Shown: positions 17,694-28,014 of the stretch, one piece after another
Numbering within the stretch: the stretch's first letter is position 1
How the letters are laid out: the number at the start of each line of letters is the position of its first letter
From: an uncultured Thermodesulfobacteriota bacterium
Lineage (GTDB): Bacteria; Desulfobacterota; WTBG01
Direction: 5' to 3'
Assembly: GCA_964580455.1 (NCBI GenBank)
Contig: CAZOKO010000003.1
Location: 1 to 52,716 of the forward strand
Length of the DNA stretch: 52,716 nucleotides
The notes under the pieces: model-generated
Told to the model about the DNA's origin: nothing
Seen by the model: the letters and a program-made list of their open reading frames with translations, nothing else
Database searches by the model: none
Made by a program: the position numbers and the translations under genes

Positions 17694-18290
17694 CTACCTA
17701 TATTCCGCAAAATCAACCTCAAACACTACTTTCTTCTTATCCTTTACTAAAACGATCTCGGCTTTATCGGTGGGACTAATTTTGTCATAAGAAAAATAGG
17801 TTCTTATTGTAGCACGATATTTAGGAAATCCTGAGGTTGCAATCTTTTTTTCAGGAAGGTAGGCAACGTGATTGGCTGAGATCTTCTCAGGCTCAATGGC
17901 TTTGCCTTTTTGTACCAGATGCACCTTGAATTCATTGGCAAAGTCTATCTTATTCCCAAAAGTATGGACATCAATCTGTAAATCGGTACTTTTTATAATT
18001 CTCTCTTTTTCTTGATCAGATATTTTTTTGTCTCCGGCAAACAAAAGACCAGAGAGCACCATGAGTTTATTCCACTTCGTCCTGATTATTCCATTCTCTT
18101 CAAATAAATCTTTTTCTCCAAATCTGTAGCGCTGCTTTAAATATTCAGCAACTTTATATCCCTGTTTTTCCCCTTGCTTTATTGCATCCTCTATGTCTGT
18201 TTCAGTAAGGCTCAACAAAACACCAGCAGCATTACGGCAGGGTATAATAAACAAAAGGTGGATAAAAATGATTAATAATTTCCTCCTCAT
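17694..18290 (-). CDS. Secreted hypothetical protein downstream of the porin gene
   Basis: 198-aa ORF with a hydrophobic N-terminal leader. No recognisable motif. Confidence 0.55.
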   Translation of the reverse strand: MRRKLLIIFIHLLFIIPCRNAAGVLLSLTETDIEDAIKQGEKQGYKVAEYLKQRYRFGEKDLFEENGIIRTKWNKLMVLSGLLFAGDKKISDQEKERIIKSTDLQIDVHTFGNKIDFANEFKVHLVQKGKAIEPEKISANHVAYLPEKKIATSGFPKYRATIRTYFSYDKISPTDKAEIVLVKDKKKVVFEVDFAEYR

Positions 18291-18647
18291 TTTACACCTC
18301 CCAAAGAAAATAAATCCGAAATTCGAATATCAAAAAATTATAACCACGAAGTTTACCCCGTTAGAAATAAAAGAAATCCAAATAGGATATGTAAAATACA
18401 AAGCAAGAAATATTGAAATATTATATCGATTCTACTATTGCTTCTAATGGGGACCACGAAGAATCACTAAGTAAAAAATAGAAATAAAGTAATACCCAGA
18501 ATTCAGTATCTAGTATCTTTCTGTCATATACTTGATTCGGATTTCGATATTCGGAGTTTGCAAAGGTTGTGGTGTTTCGACAAAAAGTTGAATTGCTAAA
18601 CAGATTACAGAACCTTCGAGACACAGCACCACTCAGTGAGCTGACTA

Positions 18648-20480
18648 TCAGAACGTATAATTCATCCCGAAACTTATAAGGTGTGCTGTTCCATCCAGTT
18701 CATTAACTTCTCTGTCATTGTAGTCTCTATAATTGTATTTGGCATAAAAGGAGAGGTAAGGCTTGTAGATATAATCCAGTCCAATGGAAGCATCAACGCG
18801 CTCTACATTAAGATCTGAGAATTCTCCCACATTACTACTGTAAATGCTGGAATCATAATCAGACTTGGAATCGGTGAAAGTAAAATTGCTGACAAGGGCT
18901 ATGGACCTGCTAAAGCGGTAATTAAGCGCAAGATTGTAGCAGTGACTCCTGTCATCATAACGAAGCCTTTCATCATAGAGGTCTATACTGTGATAGGTCT
19001 TATAATTTGTTCGTGTCTTAATCTCTGTATCGATCTGACTATAGGAACCAGTGATGATAAAATTATCCCTGGGTGCATACCATAAACTAAACATCATCTC
19101 CAGTCTTTCTTCATCTATCTCATAACGGTTACTATCAGCATCTTCATAAAGAACTGTTGAGGAAAGCGAAAGATTCCCTCTCGGATTCCAGTTGAGCGAA
19201 AACCGAATCTCATCTGTCCTGGTGGGCAAACTGGTCTGCGTTGTTTGAAACAATGTCCACTGCTCATTAAGAAAGGGGTCATTAACCCTCTCATTCTTGT
19301 AACGTATATTAAAATTAATCTTCCGATGAGGTCTGCCAAAAAGAGAAATGTCAAAGACCTTTTTGAATGTAGACTCCTCTGCACTATTACTGCGATCGAC
19401 ATCCTCCCAACGATAACTCCCTCTCAAAAAGTTCCTCTTCCACGGTCTGGTCCTGAAGGAGACTTTACTCCTCTTGACATCTTTGTCCATAGCACCGGGA
19501 ACTTTACTGTTAACATCATAGTCATAATGATTAAAATTGAAGGTGACATACTTTAAACTGGCAGTAGTAAAGCGAAATGCAAAACTCTCAAATTCACGTT
19601 CATGACGTGTATCTTGATTATGATTCTCTCCCTTCTCATAATCGAAACAGAAAGAAGACTGCAAAGGAAGTTCTGCCTTTGCCCTAAACTTATTTACGTA
19701 AGTTCTTGAATCTGCAATACTGTTATATTTCTGAAAGCCTTTCACAGGAAACGACGGAGCAGGATAACCATAATATGCTATGGGAGATTTTCCACCTTCA
19801 TTAAAGCTTCTCTGCAAATGGCTATAATTGAAGGTAAAAGAACCTACCGTTATTTCTGTCCCAACATTAACATCCTCAGTGGTCTGATCTATACGCCTGT
19901 TTCTGGAGGTAACATGACACTGTGCACATTTGTTCACCGTGGTAGCCTGTCTGTGACCTCGCTTATTCAACTGCCTGTAATTCGCATTCACCTTAAAGTT
20001 AGGAAGGAAGGGAATGCGAAAAGTATTATCACTTTTTATCTCTTCCCTGATGATAGCATTACTTTTACCTGCATCGAAGTCAGTAAAGAAATCCTGGTTT
20101 TCTAAAGGATCATGGTCAAGATAGTGTTTAAAACGGTTATATGATGTCTCCGATTGAAAAAGCCTGTTGACATCCAAATCCATCATATAATGCTGATCAT
20201 CCTTATCTTTGATATCACCACCCAGGTCCAAATACTTACTGCGTGTATGAGCCTTTAAAGAGAAATACCCCTCCATGCCTGGATCCAGTACATCATACTC
20301 CCCCACCTTTCCCCGATTACCATTCACAGTAGCATGGTGATACCCTATACCCGCATCAAAGGTATATTCTTCCTCCTCAAGCAAGTTTCCCGCCCAGCTA
20401 ACATTATACGGGGTAAAACTAATAAATGTTATGATTGCAAGAAAAAAGGCAAATATGAAACCAGTTTTATTAACCACCAT
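18648..20480 (-). CDS. Outer-membrane beta-barrel protein, MtrB/PioB-like partner of the upstream decaheme cytochrome; carries one CXXCH
   Basis: Signal peptide. Alternating aromatic/polar beta-strand pattern throughout. C-terminal ...GMNYTF ends in Phe, a typical OMP beta-signal. CAQCH at aa 185-189. It lies immediately downstream of a 10-heme cytochrome gene. Confidence 0.65.
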   Translation of the reverse strand: MVVNKTGFIFAFFLAIITFISFTPYNVSWAGNLLEEEEYTFDAGIGYHHATVNGNRGKVGEYDVLDPGMEGYFSLKAHTRSKYLDLGGDIKDKDDQHYMMDLDVNRLFQSETSYNRFKHYLDHDPLENQDFFTDFDAGKSNAIIREEIKSDNTFRIPFLPNFKVNANYRQLNKRGHRQATTVNKCAQCHVTSRNRRIDQTTEDVNVGTEITVGSFTFNYSHLQRSFNEGGKSPIAYYGYPAPSFPVKGFQKYNSIADSRTYVNKFRAKAELPLQSSFCFDYEKGENHNQDTRHEREFESFAFRFTTASLKYVTFNFNHYDYDVNSKVPGAMDKDVKRSKVSFRTRPWKRNFLRGSYRWEDVDRSNSAEESTFKKVFDISLFGRPHRKINFNIRYKNERVNDPFLNEQWTLFQTTQTSLPTRTDEIRFSLNWNPRGNLSLSSTVLYEDADSNRYEIDEERLEMMFSLWYAPRDNFIITGSYSQIDTEIKTRTNYKTYHSIDLYDERLRYDDRSHCYNLALNYRFSRSIALVSNFTFTDSKSDYDSSIYSSNVGEFSDLNVERVDASIGLDYIYKPYLSFYAKYNYRDYNDREVNELDGTAHLISFGMNYTF

Positions 20481-20670
20481 TGTTTCCTTATTGGTTAGCT
20501 CGGGTACTCGTTACTCGGTTGCGCTGCTCGCCCAATTAAACAAATTCGAAATTCAAATGTTCAAAACTTTTTTGTTCTTGTCATTTGAATTTTGATCATT
20601 CGGATTTGGGATATATATCCTGCTTCCTGTACCCTGACCCCTACACCCTATTCTTCTATCTAGCAGCACC

Positions 20671-21588
20671 CTACCTCGTCAACACCCCTCTCCCCATTTG
20701 AGAAGGCAAATCACTTCCATGGATCTGCGAATGACACTGAGTACAGGATGTAATCAGTGTTGACATGGTAGGATGTATCCCTGCCATATCAATCCCACGA
20801 TGTCCTCGATGACAGCGCAGGCAAAGAAATGGCTCGCTCTGTTTTAAAAGATTATTAGCAATTGTTCCATGAGCATCATGGCAGATATCACAACCTTCCT
20901 CTACCGGAGGATGCTCATAGACAAAAGGTCCCTGCTTATCCGCATGACACTCAAAACAGAGATCATTAACAGACAAAGCCTTTAAACCATTTGGTTCCCC
21001 TCCATGAGTATTATGACACTCAGCACATTTCATCTTACCTTCTCTTATGGGATGGTGGGAGGGAAATTGTGCTCGTGCTCTCATTTGCTGGTGACAATCG
21101 TAACAGAGTTCGGGATCTTCCTTATACAACATTTTCTTTGCTGTTGTCTTATGTGACTTATGACAATCGTTACATCCCACATCACTTAAGGCATGAAGAT
21201 TACTTTTCCAGTGAATGAGGGATCCTTGAGCATGACATTTTAAGCAAATGGATGAGCTCTGAGCCGCCGTTAATTTACTAAAATTAATTATCTTCTCAAC
21301 ATCACCCCTTTCCATCACATGGGCACTCCCCGGCCCGTGACATCCTTCGCATCCTCTCTCACTGCCTGCAACTTCAAAACTGCGTATTTTGTAATGAATA
21401 GTTTCTCTAAAGTACTCAAACACATCTTCATGGCATACTGCACATGCTTCTGAACCAACATAGGTCGCATCGGGTAAAGTAACAACAGGAGCAACGTAGC
21501 TACTATATCGAGTACATGCGCTGATAATACAGAGTAAAAGAATATTGCTCCCGAAAATCCACTTTGGAATGTTGAATTTGGAAAACAC
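20671..21588 (-). CDS. Periplasmic decaheme cytochrome c (MtrA/DmsE/PioA-like)
   Basis: 305 aa with a leader containing an ISAC lipobox-like site. It has ten canonical CXXCH motifs: CAVCH, CEGCH, CLKCH, CNDCH, CYDCH, CAECH, CFECH, CDICH, CLRCH and CTQCH. Confidence 0.85.
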   Translation of the reverse strand: MFSKFNIPKWIFGSNILLLCIISACTRYSSYVAPVVTLPDATYVGSEACAVCHEDVFEYFRETIHYKIRSFEVAGSERGCEGCHGPGSAHVMERGDVEKIINFSKLTAAQSSSICLKCHAQGSLIHWKSNLHALSDVGCNDCHKSHKTTAKKMLYKEDPELCYDCHQQMRARAQFPSHHPIREGKMKCAECHNTHGGEPNGLKALSVNDLCFECHADKQGPFVYEHPPVEEGCDICHDAHGTIANNLLKQSEPFLCLRCHRGHRGIDMAGIHPTMSTLITSCTQCHSQIHGSDLPSQMGRGVLTR

Positions 21589-21770
21589 TTTTCACCTTAA
21601 CTGCAATAAGACGAGTTTATTGGAAAAATAATCTCTTGACATCTCTAGTAATATATAATATTTAGCAATCCTCAATTTGTAATTCCATACCAGATTCTTT
21701 TTAGAATTGCAAAGAATAATTCATGATTTTTTGTTTTTTTAAATTTGTTTCATTTATTATTACAGGGAAA

Positions 21771-22847
21771 ATGTGTCAACCAGGGAAAAGAAGCTCTTCT
21801 AAATTAACCCCCCTTATTTACCTTATCTCTTTTTTTTCAATAATCAGCTTTGCTCAATCTTCTTTAGCTTTTGATGAGCAAAATTGCCTGCTCTGTCATA
21901 AATATCGGGGATTGAGCTATATAGATGAAGACGGGCAACTCATGCTTCTCTACATCACCGAACCCAGTTATTTGAATAGCCCCCACGCACTACCCAAATG
22001 CGGAGATTGCCACACAGATGTAGAGGGGTTTCCTCATGAATCAGTGAAGAAAGTCGATTGCCTTGTACAATGCCATGTAAGAGAGCCTTTTTCAGAAAAG
22101 TTATTTTCCCATAAAAAATCAGCAGATTTACTGAATGATAGTGTTCACTCCAGAAGGGATAAAGACGGCAATCTAAAGGAACATCAGGAAGATTTGCCAG
22201 ATTGTAAAACCTGTCATAATGATCCGCTATACAGACCTTTCTACTACTTTAAATCTGCACATGCTGGCATATCGAAAAAGGTAATAGGTCGCTGCCTTGT
22301 CTGCCACGATGATGATATTTATGTAAAGAAATTTTACAGCCATTTTTCCTCCCGCATGCAAAAACTGAGACCTCCTAAAGAACTGGTTGCTATGTGTGGT
22401 AAATGCCATGAAGATGACGAGGTCATGCAACGCCATGGCCTTCCAAATGTGTTGCATTCCTACAGGGAGACTTATCATGGCAAGGCTGTTCATTTTGGTG
22501 ATGAGTGGACTCCAGACTGTCTGGATTGTCATGTGAAAGCAGGAGAGTCTGTACATCTTATGCACGCAAAAGACGATCCCAGATCATCCGTCCATAAAGA
22601 CGAAGTATTTAACACCTGTTCGACTCTCGACTGTCATCCAGGAACTGACTCAAAGCTGGATGGTTTTAATCCTCACCCATCACCAGACATAAAAAAGAAT
22701 CCCGTTATATTTTTTGCTACACTCTTTTTCTATTTTCTCACTACCATTACCATTGTTTTTGTCATGCTAATGATTATCCTGGACATAGCAAGAAGATTAT
22801 TCCCTAATTGTTCTCTTTTTCCACTGAAAAGTAGAGATAATAAATGA
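21771..22847 (+). CDS. Membrane-anchored multiheme cytochrome c (6 CXXCH plus conserved CX3CH and CX4CH), module 1 component A
   Basis: The signal peptide runs from the internal ATG at 21771; the track ORF begins at 21723. It has a C-terminal TM helix. Its stop overlaps the next start (ATGA). Paralog of 34001..35140. Confidence 0.8.
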   Translation: MCQPGKRSSSKLTPLIYLISFFSIISFAQSSLAFDEQNCLLCHKYRGLSYIDEDGQLMLLYITEPSYLNSPHALPKCGDCHTDVEGFPHESVKKVDCLVQCHVREPFSEKLFSHKKSADLLNDSVHSRRDKDGNLKEHQEDLPDCKTCHNDPLYRPFYYFKSAHAGISKKVIGRCLVCHDDDIYVKKFYSHFSSRMQKLRPPKELVAMCGKCHEDDEVMQRHGLPNVLHSYRETYHGKAVHFGDEWTPDCLDCHVKAGESVHLMHAKDDPRSSVHKDEVFNTCSTLDCHPGTDSKLDGFNPHPSPDIKKNPVIFFATLFFYFLTTITIVFVMLMIILDIARRLFPNCSLFPLKSRDNK

Positions 22848-24514
22848 GCGCTGAACTAAGAATCAAAGAAAGCAATGAGCAAAGATTTTTCCTTCGCTTA
22901 ACACTCAATCAGAGAATACAACATATTGTTCTTATTCTCTCCTTCAGCGTCCTTGCCCTTACCGGCATGCCGATGAAATACTTTGATAGCTCATGGGGCG
23001 CATCTCTCTTCGCTCTCTTTGGAGGGATCGTATGGGCGCCTATCATCCATCGCATTGCAGCAATTGTTATCCTCCTGATGTTTTTCTATCACGTAATCTA
23101 TGTTTTAGTCATAGCCTATACAAATTTTATCCGACCTTTAAAAAAAGAGAATCGATGCACCTTCCGCAATATTATTAAATCCATCTTAAGCATGCCCATG
23201 ATACCCAATGCGGCGGATCTGCGTGAGGCGAAAGAAATACTTATGTATTATTTTTTCATAAGCAGTAAAAAACCTGTTATGGGACGCTTTGGGGTCAGGG
23301 AAAAATTCGGTTACTGGGCCGTCTTTTGGGGTATGCCTATACTGGGAATCACTGGATTTTTCCTCTGGGCAGAAGGCATTGTTACACGATATCTGCCCGG
23401 CATTGTCTTAAACATCTCTTATATTGCGCACAGTGACGAAGCCCTGCTGGCAGTGACAGTTATCTTTATCTGGCATATCTACAACACCCATATAAGTCTA
23501 TCAAAATTCCCTATGGGTATGTCCTGGTTTACCGGTTATGAAAACGAAGAAGAAATGATGGAAGAACACTACAATTTCTATCTTGATACAATGAAAGAAG
23601 AAGGGCTAGCTGCTGAAATCAAAGAGGAGAATAAATACCCTTTTGAAGGTCAGAGTCTCCTCGTCAGAATTTTCAAGAAGACCTATCTGGTTTCCCTCAT
23701 GTTTATTTTAGCACTGGCCACTATTTTTATCGCTCTTACAATCTATCGGACAACCTTCGGGCACCTCCCCCCTCCTCGTGAAACTACAACACCGGAGAAG
23801 AAGTCTGTAAAACTGGAGGAGTTTTTAGAAAAGATTGTTTTGGAAGATAAAGATAAGGAAAGATTGTATCGGGGATACCGAATCACTATGGAAAAAGAGA
23901 TTAAAGGTTACTATCATAATATTGCTCTTAAAGTTGAACCGGATAAACGCTCACACTGCATTATATGCCATGGTGATTTTCCTCATGGTGAAACCAAGCA
24001 CATCCGCGCATTTCTGAATATGCACAACTTCTATTTGGCCTGTGAAACCTGCCACATCCGTCCTGAAGATGAAGCAGAAACATTTGTTTATCGATGGTAT
24101 GATATTGACAGCGGAGATATCATGCAGAATCCGGTGATTGATATTAAATCGACTGATGAATTAGACATCAAGTTAATCCCCTGTCGTATAGAAAAAGGGA
24201 AACTCATAAGAGCGGATTCAGAAGAGAGGATTAAGATTACCAAAGATTTTATCCGTAAAGTTGAAAAGGATGAGATTAGTTTTGAAGAGGAAAAGAAGAT
24301 ATTGAAAAAAATACATGATCGGATCAACCCTCAATCCATCCAGTGTCAGGAGTGTCACACCAGAGATAAACTTATTTTACCTCTTGCGGAAATTGGCTAT
24401 TCTGAACGGAGGATTGGATATATATGCAGTGACGAAATCAGCAGGATGATTCGCGATTACGAATTGTATTCCTCTCCAACTCACTTGAAAGCATGGGAGG
24501 GAAAGGAACAATAA
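22844..24514 (+). CDS. Fusion protein: N-terminal membrane cytochrome b (FdnI/HydC/PhsC-like), a TM helix, and a C-terminal triheme c domain; module 1 component B
   Basis: The N-terminal ~240 aa align with 35137..35859 (RIQH...polytopic TM). The C-terminal ~270 aa align with 35891..36700 (CIICH, CETCH, CQECH). Confidence 0.8.
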   Translation: MSAELRIKESNEQRFFLRLTLNQRIQHIVLILSFSVLALTGMPMKYFDSSWGASLFALFGGIVWAPIIHRIAAIVILLMFFYHVIYVLVIAYTNFIRPLKKENRCTFRNIIKSILSMPMIPNAADLREAKEILMYYFFISSKKPVMGRFGVREKFGYWAVFWGMPILGITGFFLWAEGIVTRYLPGIVLNISYIAHSDEALLAVTVIFIWHIYNTHISLSKFPMGMSWFTGYENEEEMMEEHYNFYLDTMKEEGLAAEIKEENKYPFEGQSLLVRIFKKTYLVSLMFILALATIFIALTIYRTTFGHLPPPRETTTPEKKSVKLEEFLEKIVLEDKDKERLYRGYRITMEKEIKGYYHNIALKVEPDKRSHCIICHGDFPHGETKHIRAFLNMHNFYLACETCHIRPEDEAETFVYRWYDIDSGDIMQNPVIDIKSTDELDIKLIPCRIEKGKLIRADSEERIKITKDFIRKVEKDEISFEEEKKILKKIHDRINPQSIQCQECHTRDKLILPLAEIGYSERRIGYICSDEISRMIRDYELYSSPTHLKAWEGKEQ

Positions 24515-24568
24515 ACATAAAATTATTGTGATAACTTATATGGTTAATAATCTTTACGGGACTGTAAT

Positions 24569-25489
24569 TTGAGAACTATTGTTTACTCTTTCGTTTTTAT
24601 CTCTTTTCTTATAACCGATTTGCTGCAAGCTGCCGAACTAGAAACTACCACAGCGCTGCCTCTTTTTACCCTGGAATCCAGCCTCCATATGCCAAGCGAT
24701 GTAGCTGTTGGTAAGCAAAATCGCATCTATGTTCTTGATGGCTCCCACGGTCAGGTTAAGGTCTTTAATGATAAGGGTAATTTCATTTTTTCTTTTGGGT
24801 CTAAAGGATCGGGGAAAACTCAGTTAATGAACCCTTTAGGACTTGATGTAGATGATGCAGGTAACGTGTATATTGCTGATTCTGGCAATCACCGTATACA
24901 GATCTTTGACCAGAATGGGAGATGGATAAGTACCTTTAATCTAACAAGGGAAACGGGATTAACCCCCCCTGATCCAACTGATGTAGCCGTTAACCGTGCT
25001 AAGGATCGCTGTTATGTTGTAGACAACGATAACCATAAAATTCTTATGTTCAACAAAACGGGTTCCAAGTTTCTTGGTCAGTGGGGAACCAGAGGAGAAG
25101 TCCTGGGAAAATTCCGTTACCCTTACTTTATCACAGTCAATAAAGAGGGAAACGTAGCAATAGTAGATCTGCTCAATACCCGTGTGCAAGTTTTCAACCC
25201 TGAGGGTAAATTTCTCCATCTAGTCGGCTCCTGGGGAGTTGACCGTGGGAATTTCTACCGTCCCAAGGGAATAGCCATAGACAATAATAACCGAATTTTT
25301 GTAAGTGATAGTGTCCTGGGCGTTGTTCAAATTTTCGATCCTCAGGGAAACTTCTTGTCTGTGGTGGGGAACAAGGAAGGACAAATACTGAGGTTCACGA
25401 CCCCTGTTGGAATCTATGTTGACCATAATTACAGACTCTATGTAGTAGAAATGACAATGGACAGAGTGAGGGTTTTTAAACTTCAATGA
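24569..25489 (+). CDS. Secreted NHL-repeat six-bladed beta-propeller protein, module 1 component C
   Basis: Repeated motifs YVxDxxNHRIQxFxxxGxF. Signal peptide. TTG start. Stop overlaps the next start (ATGA). Confidence 0.85.
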   Translation: MRTIVYSFVFISFLITDLLQAAELETTTALPLFTLESSLHMPSDVAVGKQNRIYVLDGSHGQVKVFNDKGNFIFSFGSKGSGKTQLMNPLGLDVDDAGNVYIADSGNHRIQIFDQNGRWISTFNLTRETGLTPPDPTDVAVNRAKDRCYVVDNDNHKILMFNKTGSKFLGQWGTRGEVLGKFRYPYFITVNKEGNVAIVDLLNTRVQVFNPEGKFLHLVGSWGVDRGNFYRPKGIAIDNNNRIFVSDSVLGVVQIFDPQGNFLSVVGNKEGQILRFTTPVGIYVDHNYRLYVVEMTMDRVRVFKLQ

Positions 25490-28014
25490 ATAATGCAAGA
25501 TACAGATTGTCATGGAACATTTTGATAGCACTCCTTTATACTCTTCTACTATTCATTTTTGCCTACCCTGAAACTTCTAATGCAAGAGTCGCTCCCGGAA
25601 GCAAGGCAGATTCTGCTAAAGAGTGTGCCATCTGCCACTATCGCTGGGTCTATGCCTTCTTTGTAGAACACAGAGATGGGGAGCTGGTTCCATTTCCAGA
25701 AGAATCACCCGTAACTCTAGAAGCAAGATGTTTCTCCTGCCATGACGGTAGTGTGATGGATGACCGCGAAAAAGTTTTCAGTGACAGAGGTCACGAAACA
25801 GGCATCAAGCCTTCGGATAAAGTTAAGGTTCCAGAAGAATTCCCACTCGATGAGGAAGGGAAAATCCAATGCTATACCTGTCATATGCATCATGAATCTC
25901 CTACAGATTCAGGCATGGTGGAAACATGGCTCTTCACAAGATTCTCAAATGAAAACTCAGAGATGTGCAAGATGTGCCATATTGATAAAACTGGTGGGCC
26001 AGAGAAGGGAAACCACTCTATGCAGGCCAGTCCATTTCGAATCCCAAAAGAATTGATTGATCAAGGAGGTCGCCTGGGCACTGATAATCACGTTATCTGT
26101 GAATCATGTCATATAGCACATGGAGGAATGGAAAATAAATATCTCATTCTTCCTACCGAAGATCCTGTTTCTAGATCTGTCCTCTGTGAAGTCTGTCATG
26201 GGAAATACCCAAGTCTAAAAAAAGATAACCTGCTTAAATCCTACTCCCACTCAGTCGACATCAAGCCAGATACTGCCTCTATTCCAGACTCCTGGAGCAA
26301 TGGCACCCCTGTGGTGAAAGGCACAAGGGGAGAAGTGGTCTGTCACACCTGTCATACACCACACAACGCAGTAGATCAAAAAGCTCTTCTTGCTGATGTG
26401 AACGAAAGAGATTCGCTCTGTTTGCAATGTCATTTAATACAGCAAAGTATTGCGGGGACAAAACATGACCTGAAAATCATGGCACCAAAAGGAAAGAATA
26501 TACTTAAACGAAAAGCCAAAGATACCGGTCCTTGCAGTATCTGTCATCTTACCCATCAGGGAACGGGACCCTTTATGTGGGCACGACAATTGGAGGGACA
26601 GGAAGATCCTATGGTGGGAATATGCCAAAGCTGTCATTCAGAGGGAGAATGTGGCGAAGAAGTACCCATGCCCGAATCAAACCATACTATGGGAATAGCA
26701 GCCAAAACTTTTAGAGAGCCGATGGCACTGCCACTTTACACCCCCAAGGGGAAGAAAGACACGCAAGGTGCAATCTACTGTTCCAGTTGCCATAACGCCC
26801 ACCAGTGGGAACCTCTTGATCCAGATAATAGAGGCTCTAAAGATGTTAAAGCTGATATTAATAACAGCTTCTTGCGAGCGACAAATCAGCAATCAGCTCT
26901 TTGCCTTGAATGTCATAAAGAAGAAGAATCAATTGGAGGAACCGACCACGATCTTTCCCACTCTGCACCTGATGAAAAAAACATACTTGATCAATCACCT
27001 GAAGAATCGGGAATATGTGGCACCTGTCATTTAGCTCATGGGGGAGCAGATACCTTCATGTGGGGAAGGGAGTTTAAAGAAGGAAATGAAACAACAATTA
27101 TGGCTCAGCTTTGCCTTGAATGCCACAGCGAAGGAAGTTGCGCTGAAGAGAAACAGATTGGTAAGCACTTTCATCCCATTAACGTAAGATTGAAAAACTC
27201 TTCAGAAATATCACTTCCCCTCTTCTCTCCAGGAGGAGCAGAGAATGATCACGGAATGATTTTTTGTTCAACCTGCCACGACCCGCACCAGTGGAATCCT
27301 GCCAATCCGGAGAAGAAAGGTGAAGATGGAACTCCATCCGATAGTTTCCTGCGCATCGCAAGTTCTGGGAATTCCCCACTTTGCTCTGAGTGCCATCAAA
27401 GCCAAAGTTATATTGAGGGAACCGACCACGACTTAAGAGTAACAGCGCCTGATGAAAAAAACAAGCAGGGTTTGCTCCCTCAAGAATCCGGTTTGTGTGA
27501 GCAATGCCACGCTGTTCATAACTCACCATACCAGTCCTTTATCTGGGGCAAAAATCTGGGACCTTCTACGATTGCAAACTGGAAGGAAGAATTTACTTCA
27601 CAAGACAATTTTATGACAGGTCTTTGTACCAGTTGTCATCTTGAAGGTAAGTGTGGTGGAGCAAAAATTCCTGAGTACGGGCTTCATCCCAACAAAATCT
27701 ACATGGCTATATTACAAGAGAAATCTGATTTAACGGAACAGGGGCAATATGAGAAGTTCATCCATAGATTCCCCCTCTTTACTGATGAGGGCGAAAAATC
27801 TACCGAAGGGAATATTGTCTGCACTACCTGCCATGATGTCCATCTCTGGATTGCCTCTCACCCTCATAAGGGAATAGGTGAGGAAACAGAGGGAGATGCA
27901 ACTAATAGCTTTTTAAGGAAAGGTATTTCCTTTACTTTCTGTGCTAGTTGTCATGGAGAGGAGTCAATTTACCAGTATTTGAATTTCCATTTTTTCAAAG
28001 GACGGAAGAACTAG
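25486..28014 (+). CDS. 20-heme cytochrome c (842 aa), module 1 component D
   Basis: I counted 20 canonical CXXCH motifs. Signal/anchor sequence at the N-terminus. It has an internal ~150-160-aa four-heme repeat unit. Confidence 0.9.
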   Translation: MNNARYRLSWNILIALLYTLLLFIFAYPETSNARVAPGSKADSAKECAICHYRWVYAFFVEHRDGELVPFPEESPVTLEARCFSCHDGSVMDDREKVFSDRGHETGIKPSDKVKVPEEFPLDEEGKIQCYTCHMHHESPTDSGMVETWLFTRFSNENSEMCKMCHIDKTGGPEKGNHSMQASPFRIPKELIDQGGRLGTDNHVICESCHIAHGGMENKYLILPTEDPVSRSVLCEVCHGKYPSLKKDNLLKSYSHSVDIKPDTASIPDSWSNGTPVVKGTRGEVVCHTCHTPHNAVDQKALLADVNERDSLCLQCHLIQQSIAGTKHDLKIMAPKGKNILKRKAKDTGPCSICHLTHQGTGPFMWARQLEGQEDPMVGICQSCHSEGECGEEVPMPESNHTMGIAAKTFREPMALPLYTPKGKKDTQGAIYCSSCHNAHQWEPLDPDNRGSKDVKADINNSFLRATNQQSALCLECHKEEESIGGTDHDLSHSAPDEKNILDQSPEESGICGTCHLAHGGADTFMWGREFKEGNETTIMAQLCLECHSEGSCAEEKQIGKHFHPINVRLKNSSEISLPLFSPGGAENDHGMIFCSTCHDPHQWNPANPEKKGEDGTPSDSFLRIASSGNSPLCSECHQSQSYIEGTDHDLRVTAPDEKNKQGLLPQESGLCEQCHAVHNSPYQSFIWGKNLGPSTIANWKEEFTSQDNFMTGLCTSCHLEGKCGGAKIPEYGLHPNKIYMAILQEKSDLTEQGQYEKFIHRFPLFTDEGEKSTEGNIVCTTCHDVHLWIASHPHKGIGEETEGDATNSFLRKGISFTFCASCHGEESIYQYLNFHFFKGRKN

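Noticed and set aside
16921-20612. CGAAAT/GGATTTCG-rich repeat arrays that superficially resemble a CRISPR array
   Set aside because: There are no constant-length direct repeats with regular unique spacers, and no cas genes. The units are imperfect inverted repeats, so they are palindromic elements.
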